Source of the DNA: Eledone cirrhosa
Lineage: Eukaryota
DNA length: 64,000 nt
Direction: 5' to 3'
Assembly (NCBI GenBank): GCA_964016885.1
Contig: OZ024745.1
Span: 58,032,001-58,096,000 of the forward strand
The position numbers and the translations under genes were made by a program. This document shows positions 20,894 through 35,325 of the stretch, one piece after another (within the stretch, counting starts at the first letter, position 1; each line of letters opens with the position of its first letter). Under the pieces are notes generated by a model, which was not told the DNA's origin, made no database searches, and was given only the letters and a program-made list of their open reading frames with translations.

Positions 20894-22928
20894 TGTTTCT
20901 TTATTAGCCACAGGGGCAAAAAAGAATGGATCGTGTGATATGGAACGGCTCCGACAGGTAGCCGTTCACCTTGATCCTTGAGCAGATATTGCTGTTGTGC
21001 ATTGCAGCAATCCAGCCCCTGAACACGGGTCCGGAGCCTGCCGCCTCGAGCACCGCATCCAGGTAACGATGGTCAACCCTATCGAAAGCCTTAGACTGAT
21101 CCAAGTTGATCAGGGCCCCACCGAAGCCTGGTTTACACCCTACCCTCTCTATGATGTATCGCATGAGGTGGAGGTTGTCATGTATGGACCTGGTCGGGAT
21201 TGCGCATGTCTGCGCTTCTCCCACCAGGTTCTCGACGACAAGCGCCAGCCTCTTTGCCAACACCTTGGCCAAAATCTGTAACTCTGTGTTTAGCTGAGTT
21301 ATGGGCCGGAGGTTGCCTATGTCATCTCCCTTATTCTCGTCCTTCCTGTTCACACATCCAACTCTTATATTGGCCATGTTGGTGCTGAAATTTAAAAGAG
21401 GAAAAGAGATCACTCACCCTTCGCCTCCTGGGGACCAGGCCGCACTATTTCCATGGGGGTGTTGGAGGGGTTGTCTGGATGGGTGGTGGTTTCCGGCGGG
21501 GTGGGGACGCAGATGTTTGGTTGGGTGGGGTCTGGTGGGATGGGGATGTCTGGAGTGGGGAGACATTTGAGAAGGACGCGGTTGAGTGGTTTCACGCAGG
21601 AATTCCCCACATCCTTCTCAAATGTTTCTTTTAGGGACCTATAAGTTTGTATAGGGACCCTAATCAGTTTTAGGTTCAGTTTTTTGCTATTTTTTATAGA
21701 GTGGGCGAAAGTTTTCCCTTCGGTTTTCACCGAAGGGTCGTTCGTGATGGTCTCCTTTAGTGTTTTGTTTTCAGTGTTTATGTAAGTGTAAGTGTAATTT
21801 TCTTGTGTTGTGTTTGTTTTTGTCTGTAGTTCTTGTGTGTGCTTTCGTTTTGTTGTAGGTATTATGTTTTCAGGAGGTGGGGGTTTTGTTTGTGATGTTT
21901 TTGTTGTTTGTGTTGGTGGTTGTATGTGTGTGGTAGTGTTTGCTGGTTTTTTGCTTTTGTGATGTCTTTTCTTTCTTTTCGAGCGATGGGGTTCTCCCTC
22001 GTCTTCACTGGGTGATGGCGAGATAGCCTCATCTGTTGTATCGTCTGTGTGATTGAGGAGGGGTATGTCTTGGGGAGCTGTTGTGTCTGTATGTGATTTT
22101 GCAGTGGTTTTAGGTGGAGTGGGGTTGGGTGGGACTGTGTTTGTTGTGGTTATTTTTGTGTGTTGGTGTTGTTGTTTCCTTGCGAATTTCTACCGGAGAT
22201 TTGATGCTGAAAGCACCATTTTTTTCGAAAGTGACATATCTCTTAGCGTCCTTTAAAAGTTGTTCAGTATTTGTTATGTCGGGATATATCAATTCTTCCT
22301 TCTTTTGAACTTTCTCTGCAAAGGAGATTTTGGTTTCTTTGTGTAATCCGTATTGGTGGTGTTGTCATCATTGTTGTTATTGTTGTTATTCTTGTTGTCG
22401 CCGATGTTGATAGTATTCGTCTTTTCCTTGGTGTTGTTGTTGTCTTTGATGCTGGTGTTATTGGTGTTGTCTTTATTTTTTTCTTCGTTGTTGTTATCAA
22501 TGCTGCTTTTATCATCATTATTGGTGTTGCTGTTATTTTTGTTGTCATTGAACTGTTTGGTGTCATTTGTGTTGTTTGGATATGAATTCGTTTTTACATT
22601 TTCATTTTGTCTTTCCATCTCTATAGTATCTAGTGAAGAAGACGTTGTTGACTGCGAGCTTTGTAGTCTTACCGCCTCTCCACCACCATTATCGTTGGAC
22701 GCTGCGTTCATAACGTAATCAAAATTTTACAATATTTTTTCCAAGATTTGATGGAGAAACATTTTTTAAGTGTATATTCCGCCCCTGTAGGGGTGAAAAT
22801 GAGTTGACGCACCACCTGAAGGTTCAGACGGGTGGTCAAGTTACACAATGATATAAAATTTAACTAAAAACTCACGTTTTTTTCTTAGATAAATTAACGG
22901 AAACTTCTCAGTGAAGTTACACACGTCT
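20893..22928 (-). mobile_element. Internally deleted Tx1 derivative, copy B4, with an extra ~0.58-kb ORF1 deletion and a more diverged 5' part
   Basis: Same two ORF2 deletion junctions as B1-B3. An additional junction near 22175 removes the zinc-knuckle region. Confidence 0.88.
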
Positions 22929-23160
22929 GATAGATAGATAGATATATTTCTTTATTTACCATAAAGGCATAAAAGAAGGGCCAAATACAAAGGGGGAGTT
23001 TACATACAATCGAGTAAAAAGGGTATAAAATGAAAATAATCGAAAACAACCTCAAAAGGGAGGGGACGTGATGGGGGTTGCACACACCCCCGAAAAAGTG
23101 TGCAATCCTTTGCCCGGGGAGCACATGGAGAAGGTGCTCCCCTCTCCTTCACTTCTTTAC

Positions 23161-26100
23161 CTACAGGATGGTATACAGAGAAGGCTCATTTACACGAGCC
23201 ACTCTCGCCACTATCACCCACCTTTCATAAAACTGCCTGTGGTCAAGCACCTCTCTCTCCAATCTTATCCTTCTTCCGAAGTGATATCGGAAGAAGTAGA
23301 CCAGACTATGGCCAGAGAGGAAGTTGCCTGACCTCAGACCTTTCAATCGTGTCCACCAAACAACCTCTTTCAACATGGCTATTACGCACAGAAAAACCGC
23401 CTTTGCTTCCTTTGTGAAGAGGGGAGGCGGCTTGATTGTCATCACGGACTCGGCGGTCAATTTAATCGGCGCCACCCGCGACAGCAGTCGTTCGGCGTAG
23501 CCCCACAGATCAGCTACGCCCGGACATTGCACCAATGCGTGCGCAACGGTTTCTTCGTGACGCACACATCTAGGGCAAATCTTTTTTGAGGGATCCCTGC
23601 CCGGGCGCCCGTGTCTGTAGAGCCTCTCTCGAACGGGTAGAGCCCCCCGGTAGCACTGCCAGGCTAGTGACTTCTGGAAGTTGTCCATTGGTCCCGGGCC
23701 GAAAGTCCTACCGAACAGGCTGGCCAGTTCGTCCTCTTCCATGTCCAGCGACTCTCCAAGGGTGTCATCGCCCCTGCTAGCCACCAGCCCTCTATAGAAT
23801 GATGAAGTGGATTCTCCACCGATGGCCTGGCCCGCTGGCCAGAGAGCCCTGAGCGCCTGGGCACACTCAGTGTGCCAGTCTCCCAGTTTTCCGGATCTTT
23901 GCTTGACCCAGGACTGCAGCTCAGTGAGCGAGACGAGTCTCGGAAAGGCTCGTTTCACGAACGGAGCCCACACCGGTTGACCAGTGAGGAATACCTATAG
24001 GTGCCGTAGCCTTAATGCGTGCCTACGCATCATCAACCACGGCATCCCCAGCCCTCCTTTCGAAGGTTGTTGGCAGCAGATGGATCTTCTCACCATAGGA
24101 GGGCGTTTCTTCCAAATAAATTGGAAGAGCATGCGTTCCATGGTGGTGAGTGTTTCCTTAGGGTAAGGAACGACAGTCAAGCGGTAGTAAGTGACGGACG
24201 CTATGTAAATGTTCGCCACCTCCGCCCGACCTTTTAGGGACAGCTTACACTTGGCCCATTTCTGGGTTAGTGCAAACACCTTGTTCGTAACCTCGTCCCA
24301 GTTCTTTTCCACCTGGAGGTCCGGTCCAAATCAGACCCCAAGCAACTTCACCGGGCCCTCCGTCCAGTGTCCGACAACACCGTCGGGAGGCATCGGTCTG
24401 CCTCTCCACGTTCCGAGTTGCAGCCCGATGGATTTTTCCCGGTTCAGTTTCGCTCCTGACAACCTTTCGTAATCCTCTAGTAAGGTACCGATCGCCTCGA
24501 TCTCCGACTCGGTCGATACCATTACTGTTACGTCATCGGCGTAGGCCGACACCGCTTTGCTCAATCCTGGTTCCAGGGGGATACCCTGCAACAACTCCAA
24601 CTTCCTCAGTAAAGGTTCGAGAGTCAATACGTACAGAAGGGAGGAGAGAGGGCACCCCTGTCGAATGGATCGTGTGATTTCGAACGGCTTCGAAAGGTAG
24701 CCGTTCACCTTGATCCTAGAACAGATGTGGTTGCTATGTAAGGCAGTGATCCAGCCTCTGAAAACAGGACCGAACCCAGCCGCCGCTAGCACCGCATCCA
24801 GGTAACCATGGTCGACCCTATCGAAGGCCTTAGACTGATCCAAGTTGATCAGGGCCCCACCGAAGCCGGGTTTGTTGCCAACCCTCTCTATGATGTATCG
24901 CATGAGGTGGAGGTTATCGTGAATAGACCTGGATGGGATAGCACATGTCTGCGCATCTCCCACCAGGCTACCCACCACAAGCGCCAACCTCTTTGCTAAC
25001 ACCTTGGCCAAAATCTTTAACTCTGTGTTTAGCAGGGTTATGGGCCGAAAATTATTTATATTATCCCCCTTGTTCTCGTCCTTCCTCACCAGCGAGACTA
25101 CGCCCTTGGCTACAGAACAAGGAATTCTCCCGTTCTGCTGCCAATTACAGCAGACCGCTTCGAGGAGTTCGGAGAAGAAGACCGGCATTGCTAAATAAAG
25201 TTCGTAAGGTATACCATCGAGACCTGGAGATTTGCGTCTGCTGCATTGGCTCAGCGCATCCCCGATCTCATCAGCCGAGATTGGTCCCTCGCAGGACTCT
25301 GCCTCATCGCTCGAGAGACGCGGCAGGCCGTCGAGGTATGGACCGAAATCCACGTCCCCTCCCGGACCCTCGCCTCCCCCGAATAATCGGGTAAAGTGCC
25401 TTTGAAAGGCCTCGCACATCTGCTTAGGCTCCCGGATCACCCGTCCATCCTCGTCTTGCAAAGACCGGATGGTGGATCGATTTCTACTCTTAGCTTCTGT
25501 CACGCGGGCCCAGCCAACGGCTTTGGCCCCCTCATTACCTAGAGCACGTATTTTACTTCGAATGACGCAGCCTTCGTGCTTTGCATCGAAAAACTGGTTC
25601 AAGGCCGTCCTCGATGCCAGCACTCTGGCCACATCTTCGCTCTTGATTGCTTCTTCTAATTTACCTGTTAATTCTTTCTCGTTTCTATTCCTATCGGCAG
25701 CTAACATCTTGCTATAACTTATTGATTCTGTTCTAATCTCTCTTTTGAGAGATGCCCACCATCGGTTGTTGACGATGCACCCGTCAACCTCTCCTTAACT
25801 AATCTGCTAATCCGTTTTCTGTAAGTCTCTTTTGCCGGTAAAGACAAATTAAGTTTCCAGTAACCGGGACCCAGTTTATGTGTTTTCTCGAGATTGACTA
25901 TGCAGGTCACTAATTTGTGATCCGTATAGACAACCGTGAGCATTTCTGGACAGCTTAATATGTCCCTATCCTTACTTCTAACTAAGAATCTATCTAAGTA
26001 CGATCTAGATTGACCACTGTGGTTCGTCCAAGTCCAGGTTGGCACAGTTGGAAAATCTAGTCGATATCTATCGACCAAGTTAAAACGGTCGAGTAACCCC

Positions 26101-26597
26101 TTGAGGCTGTTACACCCCCCTCTATTAGGACATGCTCCTGCATAGTCCCAACGTGCATCAAGGATGTAGTTCCAATCCCCCGCTAAAAACAGGGAACGCG
26201 ACGTTCCCAGAAAAGTCTCCAAACGCTGGAAGAAGTCGGGCCGTTCAGCTCCGAAAGGGGAGTAGACGGCGACCAGTCTCAAGGCCGCACCTTCACTACT
26301 GCCAACGTCTAGCACCAACAAACGACCCTCCGGGTCCGAGTGAACAACCTGTACGGCAAGACCCAGGTGTTTTTCCAGCAGTACGACAACCCCACACCCA
26401 CCTCCAGGTTGACAGAGAGATGCATGCACCTCAAAGTCATCGAAGGTAGGGGCCAGCTGCCGCACGACACTGATCCGAGTCTCACAGATAACCATTACAT
26501 TTAGACCACATGACCTGCGGTCATTTAAAAACTTTGCTTGCTTCCAAGTTGAGCCCAGGCCACCAGCATTTAAACATCCTACTCTTAACACATCCAT
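23161..26597 (-). pseudogene. Frameshifted ORF2 (APE + RT + zinc finger) of copy D
   Basis: Fragments 25719..26597, 24331..25707, 23995..24312 and 23161..23973 are collinear with A2 ORF2. Confidence 0.9.
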
Positions 26598-26630
26598 GTG
26601 GGCGGCAGTGACAAAGAAGAGTGTAGAGAC

Positions 26631-28539
26631 CTACCTTTCTGCTTCCCGGGGTTCGGGTCGCACGACTTCCATGGGGTCGGGTATGTTGGGTGAAGGGGTG
26701 TCTTGTGGTGGTGTGGGGTCGTCAGTGTGTGGTGGGGTTGGAGTGTTTGGAGTTGTGTTTGGGGAGGGGAAGGGGAGGGCGAAAGCTTTTAGTAGGACGC
26801 GGTTTATGGGTTTGACAGAGGGTGGTCCTACGTCCTCCTTAAAATCCTTTTTTAGTTTTTGGTAGAGGTTCATTGGGATCTTTATTAAGTTTAAATGTGG
26901 GTAGTTTTCTGAAGAAACAAAGTTTACACCTTCGGTTTGTACCGAAGGATTATTGTTTATGAGTTCATTTAATTTATTATTGTTTCTGTTGATGTAAGTA
27001 TAGTGTAATGTCTTTTTTTCGGATGGTGTGAGTGTTTCGAAGAGGGGAGGGGCAGGTTTGGTTTTGTTTGTTGCTGGAGGGGTGTTTTGTGTTTTGTTGG
27101 ATTGTGTTGACATTTGGGTTGTTTGGCCTTGTGTGTTTTGCACATGTTTTCTTTTTTTCCTTTTAATCTGTCTGAAGGACTCCGTTTCTTCCTCCGAATT
27201 CGTTGGGTTATCTTCAGTGTTGGAGGGAAGAGGTATGTTTGCTGGTAATGTTTCCGTGTTGGTTTTCTTTGTGGGGGAGATGGATGTCACTATGTTAGAC
27301 TGTGTTGTGTGTTGTGGCTGCGGTGGTTGTGTTGTTTTATTGAGTGAGGGGTTGGGTGGGACTGTATTTTGTTTTTGGGTAATGTGTTGTGACTGTTTGT
27401 GTTGTGGTGGTGGTGTAGTTTTACTGAGGGACGGGTTGGGTGGGACTGAGTTTTGTTGTTTGTTTATCTGTTGTGGTGGTGGTGGTGGTGGAGCTGGTGT
27501 TGGTAGCAGGGTTTTCTTTTTGTTGAGTTGGGGACAAGCCGCCTTCAGGTGCCATCTGCCTGCACAGATATGACAGGACGGCCTTCTCCCCTCCACGCTA
27601 ATGTTTATATACCCGTGGCCCTCTAATAGGATTCTGTCGGGTATTTGGGCGATGCGTTCAGGCTTCATTTGCACTACAAGTTCTATACCTGTTCCACTGA
27701 ATGCATTGCCTGTGGTTTTCCCAATGGAAATCACGTTGTCATTCGCTGGATCGATGAAGCCAGCTATGAGCCAGCAGTAGTCCACATCTGGCATCATTGC
27801 ATCCAGCCATATGCGCTGAGTTCTTTTACCCATATAAGATGGATAAAAGGTAAAATTTTTCGAACGAATCGGTGACAAAGCACATTTTTTTGCCGCCGAT
27901 TTGTTCTTCATAATAATCGCTAGGCTTCCATACAGTCTGTCTTTTCTTATGAAAGTGGTTTCATTAAGTACTTCTGTAAGTACTGCTTTGATTTCTGTTT
28001 GTGTTGGCTGTTCAGGTTTTTTAGAAATGTTGTTGATGGTGCGGAAAACGACCGTCCGACTTTCAATGTCTTTGGTGAGTTCTTGAGGCATTTTTACCGA
28101 TAAAATACCATTTTCTCCTTCAGTTATGTATTGTTTGGCGTCTGTAATTCTTTGTGCCACATCTGAAATATTTTCAGGTATATATGTCAAAGATTTCTTT
28201 GTTGTTTGTGCAAATTGAAATATTATTGGTGTTGACTTTGTCGTCTGCTTTGCTTTCTGTTATGATGTAGTTTTCAAATGTTATTTTTGAGTTTGTCGTG
28301 TCTTTGTTTGTGGTGTTAATATTGTCATGCAATTTTTCAAATTTTTTTTTTTCGTTGTTGGAATCAATGTCCAGATTTGTGTTTTCGTCATTTTTCTCCG
28401 CAGATTCGTCTGTTTTTATTTTATTTTTTATTTCCTTCTCTATGACGTTAGTTGGGAAGGAAGGGGGGACTAAAGCGTGCGAGCTTACAACTCTTACCGC
28501 TGTCCCCCCACCACTATTTTCGTTAGCTTCGTTTAACAT
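26631..28539 (-). pseudogene. Frameshifted ORF1 of copy D
   Basis: 28174..28539 plus 26631..28190; knuckle CHICAGRWHLKAAC; collinear with A and B ORF1. Confidence 0.85.
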
Positions 28540-28766
28540 TTCTGTCAGACGATTGAAATTTTTTATGCCACAAAATTTTTAAAAACAGGTTTTTCACCCC
28601 TGGGAGGGGCAAAGATGAGCTGAGCCACCGCCTGACAGTTCAGACGGGGGGTCAAGCTACACAATAGTATCAAAATTAAAATTGAACTTACAAAATTTCC
28701 GCAATAAATTTGAACAAAACTTCTGCGCGAAGTGAATTACATCTACGCTGTAGAACAGACGACAGC

Positions 28767-28872
<106 letters not shown>

Positions 28873-29871
28873 TCTTCAGGTAAGTTCTGTCCCAAGCGCT
28901 TTTGTCTCCAGCTAGGTGTAGCTTGCATTCATCAGACACTATTTCCGACCGAAGAATCGAAACGTAGAACAAATATATTGTTCACAAATATCACTCATGC
29001 TTTAAGTATACACATTCATTACTTTTATTGTTTTCGGTTTTAATTATTTGGCTCTTGACTATATCCCAATACCGTTTAATTGTTAATGCCTCATTGCTCA
29101 AATATCCGCATAGTTGAATTATAACCGAAAAAACATGCTTACAAAACAGGTTTTATTCCACACACACATATCCCTGCACTTGTATTAGTAGTGTTTACAG
29201 TCCCCTGAAATTGCTGGAAGTGGACCAGGATAAGATGTGAAGAGCAGGAATTTTCTATAGACATTAGCTATAAGATTCATGGCTTCTGCTTTTTGATATA
29301 AATATAATACACATTATTTAGTTGTTCTTTGAATTAAAATTTAAAGAGGTATTGTGTGTGTCAGTGGGGAGCACACTATAGCATGCTATGTTTTATTTCA
29401 AACGACTTCGTCTAAAGTATCATTACACATTATAACGTCTTTATATGAGCTTTTAAATACAATTCCAGCTGGAAGTTAAGTGCTCGTGTAATTTCTACTT
29501 TAGTAGAGAAGTTTGTTAAGATTGAAATTAAAGAGCTATCAATAGTAAGAGTCATATAGATCAATAGAGTATGTCCGCTTCCTTAGTGGCGACTACTTGC
29601 TTTCAAAGGCGATAAATAATTTTTGGAGTTGTTTCAACACTCAAGTCTTTGAAAAACCGATTTCATATCACAAGTGTTGAACAATAGTTTTAGGTTGTTA
29701 GCAGGGATGAAAGAATCAAGCACATTCTCACCGCAATTGTTATAAATCCTGGAATTATATAACAATATATAATTCAATCCCGGGAAGGAGATGGGCTCGG
29801 CCAGGTTTTGAAATATCCAAGAGACACCATATGTTAATATAGCGTCCCTACGACCTCCTCGAGAGTTACGG

Positions 29872-30071
29872 NNNNNNNNNNNNNNNNNNNNNNNNNNNNN
29901 NNNNNNNNNNNNNNNNNNNNNNNNNNNNNNNNNNNNNNNNNNNNNNNNNNNNNNNNNNNNNNNNNNNNNNNNNNNNNNNNNNNNNNNNNNNNNNNNNNNN
30001 NNNNNNNNNNNNNNNNNNNNNNNNNNNNNNNNNNNNNNNNNNNNNNNNNNNNNNNNNNNNNNNNNNNNNNN
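29872..30071. other. Assembly gap (200 N) followed by a long (TA)n
   Basis: Run of N. Confidence 0.99.
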
Positions 30072-30198
<127 letters not shown>

Positions 30199-30227
30199 AC
30201 AGCCTCCTGTTATTTCATATATATAAG

Positions 30228-30409
30228 GTGGTGGATTGGCAGTATTGGTAGAGGGTTGGACGCCATGCTTTCCAGCATAGTTACGTCCCTTTATGATCTG
30301 AGTTCAAATCCCGCCGAGGTTGACTTTGCCTTTCATCCTTACGGGGTCGATAAAATAAAGTACCAGTAATGCACTGGGTAATTGCTGGCCTTGTGCCTAA
30401 AGTAGAAAC
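30228..30409 (+). mobile_element. tRNA-derived SINE with probable ~17-bp target-site duplication
   Basis: A-box TGGCAGTATTGG, B-box GAGTTCAAATCC. Central GCCTTTCATCCTTACGGGGTCGATAAAATAAAGTACC resembles the MetaSINE-type domain (from memory). GTTATTTCATATATATA occurs on both sides; several copies in the window. Confidence 0.85.
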
Positions 30410-30412
30410 AGT

Positions 30413-30449
<37 letters not shown>

Positions 30450-33299
30450 CATATATATATATATATATATGAAATAACAGGAGGGTGTTATATATATATA
30501 TATTGTTATTTCTGGCGAAGTTCATACATATATATATATGTATATATATATATATATGTGTGTGTGTATGAACCTCGCCAAATATAACAATATATATATA
30601 TATATATATTATTTATTATTTATTTGTATATGTGTATATTTCTAGAAAGGCTTTGTTTTTGCTGCTGTTTATCTCCGGGTTCAACTCTAATCATGCAAAC
30701 CCGTAATTAATATAATTTTACCGATAGCCATATCGTTTACCCATTAATATAACTTGTAAGACTACAGTATCTTCTGTGTTTTAATTTTCTTTAAATTTTA
30801 TGGTAATATTTGATGAACATATACAATAAATCAATATTTATGTAAATTTGTATTGTTTTAACAAACATTGTAAAGGGACAATATTGATGCAAGACAGCAA
30901 TTAATTTTCTTTCCTATATAGGAATCTCGAATGCAGTTATGGACTGTCTCAGTTCAAGTGGAAAATGTATCTAAACAGTTTCTAGGTATTAACGTAAAAA
31001 CAATTTTGTCGTGATATTCTGTAAAGCATTGCGAAGTACGGAAGAATTGGGTTTGACGTGCAAACAACTGTGTTTCGATTTTCTCCTGAAATCAATTTAC
31101 GAACGAAAGAAATAAACATAGAAAAGACAATGCAAGTCTCACCGTCTAATATTAAGTAAATTTAAAACGTAATATTTTGTGTTTTATGATAAAAATATTG
31201 CTACATTAAATTAATTTTCGATGATGTTTTATGGGTATCAGAACTTCAGATGTTAGATTGCTTAAGGCTGTAGACAACCAAACTAAACATTCAAAATTAT
31301 TGTATTACAGCATATTTTACGCCAAGACACCTACATTTTGAAATATGTTCTCAAGAGTGGTGAATTGGCAGTATTAAGATAGTTGGCTATATTTAGTAAC
31401 GTTTCTGAGTTAAAATCCGGTGATTTCGACTTCTGGATTCAGTGAAATTAAGTAAGAAATATCGCAGTCAATATACCGGATTGCGTGTCTCACAACAGTT
31501 AGAAAATTATAAGACCAGGTATATACGAGATCTAAGAAAAATAAATCTACGAGAGCTAACTGGATAGAAGTAATACAAACGTACAGATATTTCTTCCATC
31601 GCTAGAAATGATTACTAAAACGACTAATTATCCGAAGGATAATACTTCTATAATATAATTCCCCAAGCAAAGTTATTAAACTTAATACATAATCACGATA
31701 CCAATACTAAGAAGCTGAAATTTATCAGAACACAGTCGCCCTCTATCCATTTATAGCTAACAGATGAATTAGCATCCTATGCCCTCTAGTGCCCTATATA
31801 GTTAATCCCATCATGAGTAAAGTCTTTCGTACCAGATACCTTTTAACTGGGATCAGGTTATGATTCTTTCTAACATCACACAACCTAATAACGTCCAAGT
31901 TTAAACGACAGAAATAGAAATACGACACCGCATGCAAACAAACAAAAATGTGGATGATTGTCAAATATTTCGCCGCCCTGGTGCGACAACCATTGGCTCA
32001 CAAACGTGCCGAACATTTTCTATTCCCCTAAAGAATGTTACCCTCATACGCAAGTGCACACACACAATAGAGTTATACACCAAAGTACATATTCATTTAC
32101 ATATGAGAACACATTTGTGCATGTATATATGTACAGTGAGAGAGAGGAAGATATGATGTGAGAGACGCACGTCTCTGCAGTGGTACCAATACTTAATTTT
32201 GTAAATATCTCTGTCGCAGTGTTCGTTTGAAGTGTGTTCGTGTGAGTGTTGATTGCGCACGCACATGTGTTTGTTTACGTGTGTGTCTGTGAGCACATTT
32301 GTGTGTGTGTGTGTGAGTGCGTGCATGATTTTCAGTATGTATAGACAAGTGTTATACGATGCTTATTTAATGAGACGCACGAATACGTCCTACTTTTTCT
32401 CATACTAACGAGATAGGGAAGAAAGTAGTGACATGAAAAATCTCTTTAGTAAAAATTAGAAAAATTGTCAAAATATTTTTTTTCTTCTTTCAACTAGGAT
32501 TTTGTTATCACAATTCACGCACGCGATACACAACCATTAATCTACTCCCATACATAAACCTGCTCATACACACTCTTATATATTGGTTTGAGTCTGAATG
32601 TGAGCTTTCGTTAAAAACTTCATCTACAGGAAAAGCCATTCATATAAGCTGAATTGAATACTTGCGATATGTATGTATGAAAATATTATGTCTCCTGGCA
32701 CAATTCAAAGCGAGTTGCTGGTATGTATAAATGTGTACACACATGCGCATGCACACATATGCACACACACGCACACACACATACACACACATACATACAC
32801 ACACGCACACACACATATATGTGTGTGTGTGTGTGTGCGCGCGTGTGTATGTAGAGAGAGAAAGAGAGAGAGAGGCAAACATATTCATATATACATACAT
32901 GCATACAAAAATATATGCATGGATAAATGCATATTTACATATATACATACTTACATAGATACAAAATATGTTAAAGTACATATTCTGAATATCTGAATAT
33001 GGAGTGTTGGAAATAATTAAGATCACTTGAGACTATCCGCAAAGTAAGACAGTGAGTTCCTATAGACTGAGCGAATACAGTAGTTCGGAACAATTAAAGA
33101 CAATATATATACAATTTATTCAATATACAAGATCTTCCAATGTCATGAACGTCCGTTGATATTATGTAAATATAATTGAGTAGTATATAATAAAAACAAG
33201 ACACACTACTAAAGAGAACAGAAAAAGAAGAAAGAAAATTAATAAGAGAAAAACAATGAAGGATCAAGTGGCTAAAAGGGAAGTGGGGATGGGAAGAGA

Positions 33300-33632
33300 G
33301 TCACTACACCCCAGTTTGAACGGTGCCGCAACCTGGCCCAGTGGATAAAGCGGCAAAAGCATTACCGCGGAGAATGGTCAGAGACAACCACTTCAACTAC
33401 CACCCCACCTCACGAGGCTACCTCCTTAAGCGAGCCACCATCTTTCCGACTTTATGGAGGAAATCAGAAGTGCGGGGACCAAGGACAGATGTTTACCCAG
33501 ACAATGATGTAAAGAAAAGGTCGGTCAAGCGCTTGTATTTACCTATTTTCCTCTCCTCTGTATTGAGGGCAGCGGAGCCTGGGTTTGTGGCCGAAGTGAC
33601 ACGGCTGGAGACAGAGAACGAGTCGCTGCACG
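33300..33632 (-). pseudogene. CRE-clade non-LTR retrotransposon relic, RLE C-terminus
   Basis: Manual minus-strand translation CSDSFSVS...PGSAALNTEERKIGKYKRL...LSLTILRGNA, with stops, matches the CRE-type RLE pattern. Confidence 0.65.
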
Positions 33633-33691
33633 CCGAGGAGTAAACATTTTGTGGGAGCTAAATCCTGAAAGCAAGCGACATATGTTTATGC

Positions 33692-33800
<109 letters not shown>

Positions 33801-33831
33801 TACTGTTCAATGATTCCGTTGAACAGATAAA

Positions 33832-33935
33832 TGTAAAGGTAACATCGGCGGGATTTGAACTCAGAATGGCAAGGGCCGTAATTCTATGCGTCAAAGCATG
33901 GTGTCCGACCCTCTACCAATACTGTCAATCCACCG
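33832..33935 (-). mobile_element. SINE 5' half
   Basis: Reverse complement of the 30228 SINE head (A and B boxes). Confidence 0.8.
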
Positions 33936-34263
33936 GAGTTTAAGAATGATTACAATAAAGTTGCTAAACGAAAATGACAGAGATTAATAAACGTGTTTTT
34001 GTCTTTGCGTGAATTATCCTCGCTTTTTTCCCGTTCATTGCCAGAGAACGTCTTCACGAACCATAGTATCGTCTTCCTGTTTTCCTACGGTTGTAATATT
34101 TTTCGAAATATTTACTTCTGCGTCCACAGATTGATTTTTTTTAGTTTCAGAAGATCCCGTTAATCTTATAATAAATATTTGCTCTACGGGTTTATATATG
34201 ATTTGTATATATATATATAATCCTTATCGAGCTCTCTTCGGATTTTAATCTTCACATTTATTA

Positions 34264-34318
<55 letters not shown>

Positions 34319-34592
34319 CCAGAATTAATAACAGAACACACTCACTGTTTGGGTGGTTTTCGCTTTTCGCTTCTGTGTCTTTTATATCGGTAATCTAATT
34401 TATTCGGTCCTCAATGTTGCCATTGACTGACCAACGGTCAAAAATAATACAGATACAATATAGACACAAACACATATATATAGTTTATCAAAGTTCTTTC
34501 GTTGCACATCTCCAACATCGTCAGTGGTGCTATTGTTTCCTCCCGTTACATTGTATTTTCTACGCCATCTTTATTTAGTCTGTTTATATAAT

Positions 34593-34725
34593 TATTTATT
34601 TGTTTATTTTATTTTGTCTTCTTTGCGCATGCGTTTGCGTGTGTGAATAGTGTTTTGTTTGATCAAACAAAACACTATACACACACCCAAACGCATGCGC
34701 AAAGAAGACAAAATAAAATAAACAA

Positions 34726-34732
<7 letters not shown>
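34593..34732. repeat. ~140-bp near-perfect palindrome
   Basis: Centred on TGATCA (34660-34665), about 2 mismatches, followed by (TA)n. Confidence 0.92.
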
Positions 34733-34809
<77 letters not shown>

Positions 34810-34861
34810 CAGAAATAGCCGTCGAAACGGTTTGAGCTCTGCCCTCAGGGTTAAACCTTTT

Positions 34862-34906
<45 letters not shown>

Positions 34907-35325
34907 ATCTCTGTCTCCCACTCACCTTCTCTGTCTCACTCTCAATCTTTTTTTCTATATATATATATAATAAAGATGAGAATCATTAAATTTATCGTCT
35001 TTCTATGTTTTATGTTTTCAGATACATACGTTCACACCATTTCTAATAATATTTGAAAGATGATGTAACGAAATAACTTTCCTTGGCTATGTGCACATTA
35101 TACAGTACCATAAACCAATACCTCAATACATAAATATAACAAATAATCTATATTTCGTATTCTATTTTACTCTCCAGATCCATTGAATACTAAAACAATA
35201 ACTCCCAGCGAAATAGACTTTACGTTTATGCTTCTGGATGGTTGTTAAATCTGCTAGAAGTAGCAGCGAAATTTCCCCTACATCAAATCCTACCGTTAAA
35301 CATATAGACGAAGTGCATCAAATAA

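Larger units (their letters stand above)
22945..28766 (-). mobile_element. Full-length but decayed Tx1-like element, family D
   Basis: 5' UTR, split ORF1, ORF2 broken into four frames, 3' UTR with AATAAAGAAA. Flanked by (GATA)n at 22929-22944 and 28767-28872. Confidence 0.92.

Noticed and set aside
50-28582. Many plus-strand and alternative-frame ORFs over the Tx1 array (e.g. 236..571, 3098..3484, 9453..10004)
   Set aside because: Antisense or off-frame shadows of GC-rich RT and (GTT)n sequence. They recur only because the elements are repeated, and many use non-ATG starts.
30228-30320. tRNA gene
   Set aside because: The A and B boxes are too far apart for a cloverleaf and continue into a SINE body present in many copies.
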